Of a DNA stretch of 64,000 nucleotides, positions 22,534 to 31,363 are shown in pieces; the stretch's first letter is position 1, and every line of letters starts with the position of its first letter. The notes beneath the pieces are model-generated. The model worked only from the letters and a program-made list of their open reading frames with translations, did no database searches and was not told the origin of the DNA. Source of the DNA: Candidatus Krumholzibacteriota bacterium (GTDB lineage: Bacteria; Krumholzibacteriota; Krumholzibacteriia; JAJRXK01); NCBI GenBank assembly GCA_963727455.1, contig CAVSGG010000004.1, positions 1 through 64,000 of the forward strand, in the 5' to 3' direction. A program made the position numbers and the translations under genes.

Positions 22534-23477
22534 ACACGTGTGCCGAGATCGATCTCTGTGAGTCGCAGGACTTTCACTAGATCGACTTCGGTCAGGTCGA
22601 TCAGGGCCAAGAAGTCGATCGTCTTGAAATGACGATCCAACGCGGGCTGGCTGCAGATGCGAGCCCCGTATCTCAGATAGGTACGGAAGAGTGGGGGAAC
22701 GCGCGACTCTTCCCAGCCCTCGATAGATTCGTATTCCTCGTGACAGGCATACGCGGGATGCGCTTGGGTGCAGATCGAGGGATGCAGATGCCCGTTCTGC
22801 CGCAGGTACTCCATCATGCGCGCACCTTCGGCAGGATCCTGACTGGTCAGAGAGCAACAGCCGAAGAAATAGCGCCGGCGGTTGTGTAGGGCGTAGGCGG
22901 CCAAGCCCTTCCACAGAAGCTGTAGGACCTTGCTCTTGCGATGATCCTTGTGAATGCACGCGCGCCCGGTCTCCACGGCCTGCTCCAGAATTTCCGCTGG
23001 CCACGAGCGCATGTCGTACTCTTGCGCGGTGTAGAATCCGTGTCCCACGCTCGCCATCTGCGCGACCTGAAGCCGGTAGGTGCCGACGGTCGAGACCGTG
23101 TCGAGATCTTCGACAATCATGTGATGGCAGTGATCGTCGAAGCGGTCGCGGTCGAGACCCGTGGCATGGCTCTCATCCAAGCCCTCACCCAGTTCAAGGT
23201 TGAACACCTCGTAGCGCAGTCGCAGCGCGCGTTCGAGTTCCTCGGAATCGGTCGCGAAACGGCAGCGGTAGTGACCGTCGACCACGCTCCAGCGGGGTAG
23301 AAACTCGCGACCCACCGGGTAGACCATGCGCCAGGCAGCCCCGGCCGCGGCATCTTCCTTGGAGTCTTCGCTCTGAGTTCGGGTCGAGCCGGGTGCAAGG
23401 GGCTCTGGATCTGGCATGGTTCTCACGGATCCGATCGACTTGGGGGTGGAGGGATTGGCGCCTCTCCGTATGGCCAT
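22530..23477 (-). CDS. GNAT N-acyltransferase, OlsB-like (Acetyltransf_5)
   Basis: RLRYEVFNLELGEG, DRDRFDDHC, VGTYRL, ETGRACIH, FFGCCSL, PPLFRTYLRYGA, PALDRHF. Start is 23477 (AGGAGG SD) or 23417. Confidence 0.88.
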   Translation of the reverse strand: MAIRRGANPSTPKSIGSVRTMPDPEPLAPGSTRTQSEDSKEDAAAGAAWRMVYPVGREFLPRWSVVDGHYRCRFATDSEELERALRLRYEVFNLELGEGLDESHATGLDRDRFDDHCHHMIVEDLDTVSTVGTYRLQVAQMASVGHGFYTAQEYDMRSWPAEILEQAVETGRACIHKDHRKSKVLQLLWKGLAAYALHNRRRYFFGCCSLTSQDPAEGARMMEYLRQNGHLHPSICTQAHPAYACHEEYESIEGWEESRVPPLFRTYLRYGARICSQPALDRHFKTIDFLALIDLTEVDLVKVLRLTEIDLGTRV

Positions 23478-23604
23478 TCGCCTCCTAATTTCCACTCTTT
23501 CGGTCCCGGCGTCCAGTGCGCTCTCTCGCTCTCCTTGCGAGGCCATCGCGCTCGGGGTATCGTGCGAGAGTGAGTTTTGTCTCTTCTCTCGCGAGGTTGA
23601 CCAT

Positions 23605-23832
23605 ATGAAGATCAGCATCCAATACTGCGTGCAATGAAACTATTTGCCCCATGCCGCCAGTTTGGCGGAACGAATCCAGAAGAAATTCAAGGTCAAACCC
23701 GATTTGATCGAAGGACGTAACGGAATTTTCGATGTGAAGCTCGACGGCGAGCTGATCTTCTCCAAGTATGAACTCGAACGGTTTCCCGAAGGGGACGAAG
23801 TGATCGGGCTGATCCAGGAGAGAATCAACTGA
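23605..23832 (+). CDS. Rdx (SelW/SelT/SelH) family selenoprotein with CxxU motif, 75 aa
   Basis: MKISIQYCVQ-TGA-NYLPHAASLA...GIFDVKLDGELIFSK...RFPE. The in-frame TGA at 23635-23637 sits at the family's Sec position; the track splits this into two ORFs. Confidence 0.92.
23654..23668 (+). promoter_or_regulatory. Bacterial SECIS-like hairpin
   Basis: CCGCCA-GTT-TGGCGG stem starting 16 nt after the UGA, with a G-initiated apical loop. Confidence 0.7.
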
Positions 23833-23890
23833 TCGCCCCGTGGCCGGAGACGGCCCACGATCGACCCCGCCGGAGGCTCGAGGTGTCATC

Positions 23891-24127
23891 ATGAAGTCCG
23901 AGGTCGAGGTTGCGCGCTACACGGAAGTTCCCGAGGCTGAAATCGCCAAGGGGCTCCTGATTGCCAACGGAATCCCGTGCCGCTTGATCATCGACGACGT
24001 TGGGGGAATGTATCCCCAAATGCATCTGGGAGAGGGAATGAGACTCATCGTTCCCGAGCAGTTCGCGGAAGCGGCCCAGAAACTCCTCGCCTCCTTCGAA
24101 CAGGGCGACGAAGCTCGCCAGGACTGA
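23891..24127 (+). CDS. DUF2007-type small protein (putative signal-transducing)
   Basis: EAEIAKGLLIANGIPC...G..L.V...AEAAQKLL pattern. Confidence 0.75.
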   Translation: MKSEVEVARYTEVPEAEIAKGLLIANGIPCRLIIDDVGGMYPQMHLGEGMRLIVPEQFAEAAQKLLASFEQGDEARQD

Positions 24128-24131
24128 TGCC

Positions 24132-24926
24132 ATGAAATTCCCATTTCACCAGGTCAATGCTTTCGCGGACCAATCATTCGCGGGCAATCCGGCTGCGGTC
24201 GTGATCCTCGACGAGTGGTTGCCCGACGAGGTGCTGCAGGCCATCGCGCGCGAGAAAAATCTCTCGGAGACTGCTTTCGTGATCCCTCAGGGTGATGTCT
24301 GGGGTCTGCGGTGGTTCACGCCCTCGGTGGAGATCGACCTGTGTGGGCACGCCACGCTCGCTGCGGCCTTCGCGCTCTTTTTGGACGGACGGGCCCAGGG
24401 CCGAGAAGTCGTGTTCAAGAGTCCACGCAGTGGGGAGCTGCGCGTCCTGCGACATGATGGTCGCCATTGGCTGGATTTTCCGGCGCGGCCGCCCAAGGAG
24501 GTTCCGGTCGATCCGCTCCTGGTCGAGGCGCTCGGAATAAGGCCCGAATGGTGTGGCGAGGCGCGGGATCTGCTGGCGGTGCTGGATAGCGAAGATGCGG
24601 TCCGCGCCCTCCGGCCCGACATGGAGCTGCTGAAGAAGCTGGACGTCATGGGCGTCTGTCCCACCGCTCCCGGAAGCGAAGTCGATTTCGTGTGCCGCTT
24701 CTTCGCGCCCAAAGTCGGAGTTCCCGAGGATCCCGTGACCGGCTCGGTCTTCTGTACCCTGCTTCCGTACTGGGGCAAGCGCCTGGGGAAGGATCACCTC
24801 ACCGCGCGCCAGCTCTCCGAGCGGGGTGGCGAGGTCGTGGGAGAAATCCACGGCAACCGGGTGCACATCGGAGGTCACGCGGTGGAGACCATTCGCGGGG
24901 AATTGATGTTGCCCTCACTTTCGTGA
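24132..24926 (+). CDS. PhzF family epimerase/isomerase
   Basis: GNPAAV, NLSETAF, RWFTP.VEIDLCGHATLA, EDPVTGS. Confidence 0.93.
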   Translation: MKFPFHQVNAFADQSFAGNPAAVVILDEWLPDEVLQAIAREKNLSETAFVIPQGDVWGLRWFTPSVEIDLCGHATLAAAFALFLDGRAQGREVVFKSPRSGELRVLRHDGRHWLDFPARPPKEVPVDPLLVEALGIRPEWCGEARDLLAVLDSEDAVRALRPDMELLKKLDVMGVCPTAPGSEVDFVCRFFAPKVGVPEDPVTGSVFCTLLPYWGKRLGKDHLTARQLSERGGEVVGEIHGNRVHIGGHAVETIRGELMLPSLS

Positions 24927-26080
24927 AGTCCGCGCATCCCGTGTTTTCCTACCAGTTGAGCCAAAGGTTCTTCGCGCAAGTTGCGGACGGGCTACAGGAT
25001 CTCGCGCGCATGGAGCTGGAGGAACTCGGAGCGCAAGACATCAAGGGCACGTATCGGGGCGTATACTTCAACGCGGATCAGAGGGCCCTGTACGAAATCA
25101 ACTACCGCGCTCGCTTCATCACGAGAGTTTTCGCGCCCCTCCTCAGCTTCGATTGTCACAGTGCCCGCTATCTTTATAAGACTCTGCGCGGCTTGGCTTG
25201 GGAAGAGATTCTGCCCCTCGATGCGAGTTTCGCGGTGACCGCGAATCTGAGTCAGAGCCGCATCAGCCACAGTCAGTACGCCAGTCGCGTGGTGAAGGAC
25301 GCCGCCGTGGACTACTGGCGCGACAAGAGTGGACAACGGCCGCGAGTCGATCCCAAGAACCCGAGTCTCTGGCTTCATCTCCATCTTCACCGCAACCACG
25401 CTACGCTGAGCGTGGATTGTTCGGGGGGTTCCCTTCATCGCAGGGGGTACCGGAAACATTCGGTGGAAGCGCCGATGATGGAGACCCTTGCCGCGGCGAT
25501 CATCGAGCTGAGTGGATGGAAAGGAGAGCGTCCACTCGTGGACCCGATGTGCGGATCGGGTACCCTGCTCTGCGAGGCCTTGATGAGATTCTGCCGCATC
25601 CCCGCGGGATATCTACGCGAACGATTCGGGCTGCAAAATCTTCCCGATCACGAGCCGAGACTTTTCGAGCGCGTGAAACAGGAAGCAGAAGCGGGCATTC
25701 GTGAACTTCCTTCGGGACTTCTGCTGGGTAACGATCTCTCCGCGGAGAATCTCGCCGTTGCCAAGGAAAACTGCCGCCTGCTTCCCCAGGGTGAAAACAT
25801 CGTCTGGCAACTGGGCGACTTTCACGGATTGAAAGAACGAAAAGACCAGGTACTCGTCTGTAATCCTCCCTACGGGCGGCGTCTAAAGGCAGAGTCCGGG
25901 CCCGAGCGGCTACTGGGCGCATTTGGGGACTATCTCAAAAGGAACTGTCAGGGCTCGCGCGCATTGATCTACGTGGGCGATAAGAACTTGCTCAAGAGCG
26001 TGGGGCTACGTCCCAACTGGAAGCGTGCTCTCAAGAACGGCCAACTCGACGGCCGACTCGCCTGCTACGAGATGTACTGA
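24923..26080 (+). CDS. THUMP-domain class I SAM-dependent RNA methyltransferase (RlmL-like)
   Basis: SLHRRGYR, APMMETLAAA, DPMCGSGT, CNPPYG; start is GTG 24923 or 24941. Confidence 0.9.
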   Translation: MKSAHPVFSYQLSQRFFAQVADGLQDLARMELEELGAQDIKGTYRGVYFNADQRALYEINYRARFITRVFAPLLSFDCHSARYLYKTLRGLAWEEILPLDASFAVTANLSQSRISHSQYASRVVKDAAVDYWRDKSGQRPRVDPKNPSLWLHLHLHRNHATLSVDCSGGSLHRRGYRKHSVEAPMMETLAAAIIELSGWKGERPLVDPMCGSGTLLCEALMRFCRIPAGYLRERFGLQNLPDHEPRLFERVKQEAEAGIRELPSGLLLGNDLSAENLAVAKENCRLLPQGENIVWQLGDFHGLKERKDQVLVCNPPYGRRLKAESGPERLLGAFGDYLKRNCQGSRALIYVGDKNLLKSVGLRPNWKRALKNGQLDGRLACYEMY

Positions 26081-26149
26081 GAGCGCTCGGGGGCAATTCC
26101 TGCTACCATGCAAGAGAAACAGACAGAGGAAAAACGAGCATAGAGGTAA

Positions 26150-27646
26150 ATGACAGTGACACAACCCCCTCGCCGCCGCCGCCGCCGAGTGCGTCATGGG
26201 CGATCCCATCCTTCGCCAAACCTACCGCCCGAAGTCGAAAACGAAGAACAGAACTCCGATTCACAGGACGAACCGGCGGACGAACTCGTAGAACCCGAGG
26301 ATGCCATTCCCGCGGTTCATCTGAAGGATCTGCCCGAGGGGATGCGGAAGGCGTGTACCCGGGCCGGTTGGTCAGAGCTCATGCCGGTGCAGCAGAAGAC
26401 GATTCCCTATGTGCTGGCCAAACGCGATCTCATGATTCAGTCACGGACTGGCAGCGGCAAGACTGCGGCATTCCTTTTGCCTATCTTCGATCGAATCGAT
26501 CCGAAACTCGCCGAGTGCCAGGCTCTCATTTTGGTTCCGACGCGGGAACTCGCCCAGCAGGTCTACGACCAGGCCGAAGTGCTGGCCTCGTCCGGAGCCC
26601 GCACCATCGCGGTCTACGGGGGCGTCGGGTACTCCAAGCAGATCCAGGCCTTCAAGAACGGCGCGCACTTGGTCGTGGGTACTCCGGGGAGAATTCTCGA
26701 TCATCTCATGCGAGGTACTCTCAGGCTCGATCAGGTCAAGATTCTCGTCTTCGACGAAGCCGACCGCATGCTCTCGATGGGTTTCTATCAGGACATGAAG
26801 AGAGTGCGGAGCTTTTTGGGTAAAAAGCCGCGCAATGGTTACATGTTCTCCGCGACCTTTCCCTACCACGTCATGCGTCTGGCCACGGACTTTTTGGATG
26901 ATCCGGGCATGTTGAGCCTCAGCCGCGATCGTGTTCACGTTGCGGAGGTCGATCACGTGCTGTGCTCGGTCCCCGACATGAAGAAGGACCGTGTGCTGGT
27001 CAAACTCATCGAACTGGAAAATCCAACCACCGCGATCATCTTCTGCAACACCAAGGCCGAAGTGAACTACGTCTCCCTCATTCTCCAACGCTTCGGATAC
27101 AACGCGGATGCTCTCAGCAGCGAACTCCGTCAAAGAGACCGGGAAAAGGTTCTCACCCGCGTTCGCAAGGGGGAGCTGCGCCTTCTGGTGGCCACCGACG
27201 TAGCTGCGCGCGGCATCGACATCCAGGAAATCAGTCATGTCTTCCAGTACGAGGTGCCAGAGGATCCCGAGGTGTACGTCCACCGCGCGGGGCGCACGGG
27301 AAGAGCGGGAGCGGGAGGCCGCGCGATCACGCTGGCCTACCGTCTGGAAATGATGCGGGTGAGCCAGATCAAGGATCGCTACTCCATCGACTTCGAGGAG
27401 AAGGCCGCGCCGAGTGACGAGGACCTGGAGAAAGTCGTCTCCGAGCGCCTCATCGCGCAACTCGAATCCAAACTTCGTCGCTGCAGCAAGCTCGAGTTGG
27501 AGCGCATGGAGCGATTCGTGCCCATGGCGAAGGAGTTAGGGGAGAGCAACGGCGGGGCCGCTCTGGTCGCGATGCTGCTCGACGAAAGCTATCGGGCCAA
27601 CCTCAACGCGCCCGTAGTCAGTGAGGAAGAGGAGAATGGCGGGTAG
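26150..27646 (+). CDS. DEAD-box RNA helicase
   Basis: TGSGKT, PTRELA, TPGR, DEAD, SAT, ARGID, HRAGRTGR. Confidence 0.97.
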   Translation: MTVTQPPRRRRRRVRHGRSHPSPNLPPEVENEEQNSDSQDEPADELVEPEDAIPAVHLKDLPEGMRKACTRAGWSELMPVQQKTIPYVLAKRDLMIQSRTGSGKTAAFLLPIFDRIDPKLAECQALILVPTRELAQQVYDQAEVLASSGARTIAVYGGVGYSKQIQAFKNGAHLVVGTPGRILDHLMRGTLRLDQVKILVFDEADRMLSMGFYQDMKRVRSFLGKKPRNGYMFSATFPYHVMRLATDFLDDPGMLSLSRDRVHVAEVDHVLCSVPDMKKDRVLVKLIELENPTTAIIFCNTKAEVNYVSLILQRFGYNADALSSELRQRDREKVLTRVRKGELRLLVATDVAARGIDIQEISHVFQYEVPEDPEVYVHRAGRTGRAGAGGRAITLAYRLEMMRVSQIKDRYSIDFEEKAAPSDEDLEKVVSERLIAQLESKLRRCSKLELERMERFVPMAKELGESNGGAALVAMLLDESYRANLNAPVVSEEEENGG

Positions 27647-27710
27647 CCGCCGCGACCGTTGAAATCGCCCGCCATCTCCTCGCTCGGACTCTAAGCTCCG
27701 GTGCGGGTCG

Positions 27711-28175
27711 TCACTCGAGGTGGCTCTGCAGCATCCACGCGTTCTTCTGATGAGTCTCGATGCGGCGCGTCGCCAGATCGACGGTGGCCGCGTCGCCTTT
27801 CTTTTCGGCCACCTCCAGCAGGGCCATGGCGGAGGAGGCGAGCTGGCGCTGGTCGTTTGCGAGATGCCGGAGCATGTCCTGCGCACTGGTATTGGGCTGC
27901 GCCTCTTCCATCTTGGACAACTGGCTGAATTCGGCGTAGGAACCCGGCGCATGGTGCCCGAGAGCGCGGATGCGCTCGGCGATCTCATCCACGGCCTGCG
28001 CCAGTTCCGTGTACTGGCTCTCGAAGAGCAGGTGGAGGGAATTGAACATCGGGCCGACCACGTTCCAGTGGTAATTGTGGGTCTTCAAATAGAGCGTGTA
28101 GGAGTCGGCCAGAAGCCTGCTCGCTGCCTCGGCAACCGCTTGGTTCTGCAAGGGATCGGTGGCGGTGTTCATCAT
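27711..28175 (-). CDS. dps: Dps DNA-protection protein
   Basis: KTHNYHWNVVG, LHLLFE, DEIAERIRALG, HQKNAWML; AAGGAG SD. Confidence 0.96.
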   Translation of the reverse strand: MMNTATDPLQNQAVAEAASRLLADSYTLYLKTHNYHWNVVGPMFNSLHLLFESQYTELAQAVDEIAERIRALGHHAPGSYAEFSQLSKMEEAQPNTSAQDMLRHLANDQRQLASSAMALLEVAEKKGDAATVDLATRRIETHQKNAWMLQSHLE

Positions 28176-28259
28176 CTCTCTCCTTCGTGGCGTCCCGGGC
28201 GACGCCCTGACGAGTTCGTGAATTTTCTCGAACGGCCACAAGATCGTCACGGATATGTA

Positions 28260-28305
28260 ATAGAGCCAATTGATTCTCATTGTAAAATAGATAGAAAATA
28301 TCTAT
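28260..28305. promoter_or_regulatory. OxyR-type operator between divergent dps and oxyR
   Basis: Perfect ATAG-N7-CTAT at 28291-28305 and a degenerate ATAG-N7-TGAT at 28260-28274, in an AT-rich patch. Confidence 0.75.
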
Positions 28306-28314
28306 CGTTAGAGC

Positions 28315-29238
28315 ATGACTCTACAGGAATTACGCTATCTGGTGGCTCTGGCTGAGCATCGTCACTTCGGACGCGCGGCGGCGGCGTGCCACGTGGCGCA
28401 ACCCTCTTTGAGTGCCGGCCTGAAACGGCTGGAGGACGAGCTCGGCGCGCGCCTCTTCGAGCGCTCGCGGCGCCAGGTCATTCCCTCGCAACTAGGCGAA
28501 CGACTCGTCGAGCAAGCGCGCGTCATTCTCTTCGAAGTCGAGCGCCTGGAGGGCATGGCCCGCTCGGTGAGGGCATCCTTGAGCGGTATCTTCCGCTTGG
28601 GCACCATCCCCACTGTCGGGCCCTACCTCATGCCGCACCTGGTGGAAATTCTCCGCGCCGACCACCCCGCCCTCGAGTTGCATCTGGTGGAACAGCAAAC
28701 GCAGGAGCTGGTGGCGGAACTCCGCCTGGGACGGCTCGACGCGGCCTTGCTCTCTCCTCCGCTGCATGAGGATGGACTCTCGCGATCCGATCTCTACCGC
28801 GAAGACTTCTTCCTCGCCGCTCCGGCTTCGCACCGCCTGGCGAAGGGGGAGTCGGTGCGGCAGCGGGACATCAGAAACGAAGCCCTTCTTCTGTTGGACG
28901 AAGGCCACTGTCTGCGCGACCAGATTCTGGAGATTTGCCGGACGGCTACCTCGCCGGCCCGCGAGCTTTTGCGGGGGAGCAGTCTCGAGACGCTGCGCAA
29001 CATGGTGGCGGCCGGAGTGGGGTGCACCCTACTACCGGCACTGGCCGTGCGTCCCTACGGCGGGGTTTCCTCGAGGAGCGAGAGTTCTCCCTTGAAGATC
29101 GTGCCCTTCGCCGATCCCAAACCGCATCGGATCATTTCCCTCTACTACCGCAAAGGCTTCAGCCGCGAGGATTCCGCGCGCGACCTCACTCGCTGGCTGA
29201 AGGCGCATCTTCCCGACGCGGTCAGCGCGACCGACTGA
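28315..29238 (+). CDS. oxyR: Hydrogen peroxide sensor OxyR (LysR family)
   Basis: HRHFGRAAAACHVAQPSLS HTH; LLDEGHCLRDQILEIC with both redox Cys; SLETLRNMV; divergent from dps. Confidence 0.93.
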   Translation: MTLQELRYLVALAEHRHFGRAAAACHVAQPSLSAGLKRLEDELGARLFERSRRQVIPSQLGERLVEQARVILFEVERLEGMARSVRASLSGIFRLGTIPTVGPYLMPHLVEILRADHPALELHLVEQQTQELVAELRLGRLDAALLSPPLHEDGLSRSDLYREDFFLAAPASHRLAKGESVRQRDIRNEALLLLDEGHCLRDQILEICRTATSPARELLRGSSLETLRNMVAAGVGCTLLPALAVRPYGGVSSRSESSPLKIVPFADPKPHRIISLYYRKGFSREDSARDLTRWLKAHLPDAVSATD

Positions 29239-31156
29239 GGCCCTCGCCGTTCCCGGCCCTCGGGTCGTCCGCGCCAATGGCACCGCCCGCAGCGTGGAGA
29301 AGGTAGAGGGTGGACTCGGAGCCCTGTAGTACGGGCTCGAAGCGAGGATCGTCCTTCAAGTCTTCTCGATGCAAGCCGCTACCCTGACCGAAAGTTTCGT
29401 CACTCAAATAGAGATAGTGGATCTGCAGACTCCGCAAGAGCCGCGCGGTCTCCGCGGGCCACGGCTTTTCGGCCAAGCCGCGGGTCAGCTGGTGCAGGGA
29501 GCGGCCCTCGGCGTCGAAGAGAGGCCAGGCGCAGGGTTGCAGGAAACGCCGCCCGCTCACGTGCATGGCCCACACGCTGCCGTCGTCCCAGAGGTTGGCC
29601 ACGATCGAGTGCCGGGGAACCAGCCTAGCGATGGTGCAAGCCTGCCGGTAATCGTCGCGCGTGAAAGGAACTGTCGAGCGACTGGAACGGTAGTTGCGCA
29701 GCTCGCGAGAGAAGCCGCTCCCCAGGGCGCCCGCCAGCAAGAGAACGACAAGTGCGCGCGCTGTGATGGTCCCACCGGAAGGCCCCTTTTCTCCGGCCCG
29801 GCGCGACGGCAGGGCTTCAAGGATGCGCACGAGGGGCAGGGCCAAAAGAGGTGGCAGCAGATAGAACTGCAGATAAAGAACGCGCGGAGCCTGACGGTAG
29901 AAGGGCGTTGCGAGCAGACGCGTGAGAGGATCGGCGTAGCTCTGCAAGAACAGATAGAAGATGCCCAGGATAGCGCTCGTCACGACGAGCCTCCGGGCCC
30001 AGGTTTTCCTGAAGCCGAAAATCCACCCCAAGGGCAAGAGAAGTTGCAGCACGACGCCGCGACCTCCCGAACGCCAGAGACGCGTGAGGGAATCGAGAAG
30101 TTCCTTGCGGTGCGGCAATTCCGAAGCAACCAAACTCGGGTATCCTCGGTACACTTGCCAGACTTCCGGGCCGCAGACAAACACGAGCGCCGCGAGGAGC
30201 GCGAGCCCGCTTCGCCAGCTGGGACGAGTCCTCCGCTCGAGCGAGAGCAAGGTCGCTCCCAGAACCACCACTACTTCGCTTGCGTGCACGAAGATCAGGG
30301 CGCCGAGCACGAATCCCGCAGCCAGGCCCGCGCTCAAGGACGAACTTCGCCACCCCGAACGCAGAGCTAGCACGCCAAAGGGCACCAGGAAGAAACCGGC
30401 GATCTGCCCGAAACCTCCCCAGCCCAGAATCCCCCCGGGACCCAGCGGATTTGCAACACTCAGGAGCAGCGCTAGGCCTAGGGTCAAAGCAGGGACTCTC
30501 CAAGCGCGCCACAACAGAGAGAAGGCGCCGGGGATCATCGCGCACAAGAGAAGCGCGAGCATCCACACCGAGATGTATGGTGCCACGCCGGAAACGCGCG
30601 CGATGAGCGCCGCCGCCGCGTGGAGCCCCGGCAGATAGCCGACCTTCACCGTGCCGGCCAAGTCCGCGTTGACGAGTGAAAGATTCAAACTCGAAGTCTG
30701 GACGATCCGCAGGGTGAGCCAGGCGTGATTGGAGGCGTCGTGGATGTGGGGTGGCGCAGGCAAGCGCCCAAAACCCAACAAGAGAAGCGTCAGACTCACA
30801 AGCATCGCACCCAGGGCTGACAAACTCTCCAGCCGGGTGAGCGCCCGCAGCTTCTCCGAATCGCGCGCGAGGGTGTTCCGCCACCCAGGCCAGAGCGAGC
30901 TGAGGCCAATGAGCATCAGGATCGCCCCCAAGTAGTACTCCGGACGGAAGGGGAGCCCGAAGCGTCCGAAGAGAGCAGAGTAGAGGAAAGGCAGGACGAG
31001 ACCGGACGAGAGCGAGACCATGCAGCGACTGAGAAAGTCCTGCGCGCGCAGCCAACGCCCCACCACCAAATAGCCGGGGAGCCAGAGGATGAGGGCACAT
31101 CCCAGGCCGAAACGGATCCACAGTAGGGGGGAGATCAGGGGTAAGGCGGCGTGCAT
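29222..31156 (-). CDS. Polytopic membrane protein, DUF6541-like / putative GT-C glycosyltransferase
   Basis: Many TM helices; DASNH in the first extracytoplasmic loop followed by YLPGLH; soluble C-terminal domain. Confidence 0.6.
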   Translation of the reverse strand: MHAALPLISPLLWIRFGLGCALILWLPGYLVVGRWLRAQDFLSRCMVSLSSGLVLPFLYSALFGRFGLPFRPEYYLGAILMLIGLSSLWPGWRNTLARDSEKLRALTRLESLSALGAMLVSLTLLLLGFGRLPAPPHIHDASNHAWLTLRIVQTSSLNLSLVNADLAGTVKVGYLPGLHAAAALIARVSGVAPYISVWMLALLLCAMIPGAFSLLWRAWRVPALTLGLALLLSVANPLGPGGILGWGGFGQIAGFFLVPFGVLALRSGWRSSSLSAGLAAGFVLGALIFVHASEVVVVLGATLLSLERRTRPSWRSGLALLAALVFVCGPEVWQVYRGYPSLVASELPHRKELLDSLTRLWRSGGRGVVLQLLLPLGWIFGFRKTWARRLVVTSAILGIFYLFLQSYADPLTRLLATPFYRQAPRVLYLQFYLLPPLLALPLVRILEALPSRRAGEKGPSGGTITARALVVLLLAGALGSGFSRELRNYRSSRSTVPFTRDDYRQACTIARLVPRHSIVANLWDDGSVWAMHVSGRRFLQPCAWPLFDAEGRSLHQLTRGLAEKPWPAETARLLRSLQIHYLYLSDETFGQGSGLHREDLKDDPRFEPVLQGSESTLYLLHAAGGAIGADDPRAGNGEGLSRSR

Positions 31157-31363
31157 GAGCTGAGTGTGGCACCGCATGGTTGCGCGGTCAATTGGTCACG
31201 GAATGCGCGCGCAGCGTCCTCTCGGGGGTAAGCATGAACGGGAATCCTCCCCCTCTCTTGACCCAGCCCCCTGAATGGTCGATCCTCCTTGAATTGCGAG
31301 ATCGACCTACGGACCGATCTTGCCCGCGTACACTCCAGTTCGGATTCTATCGAGGTGGTCTCT

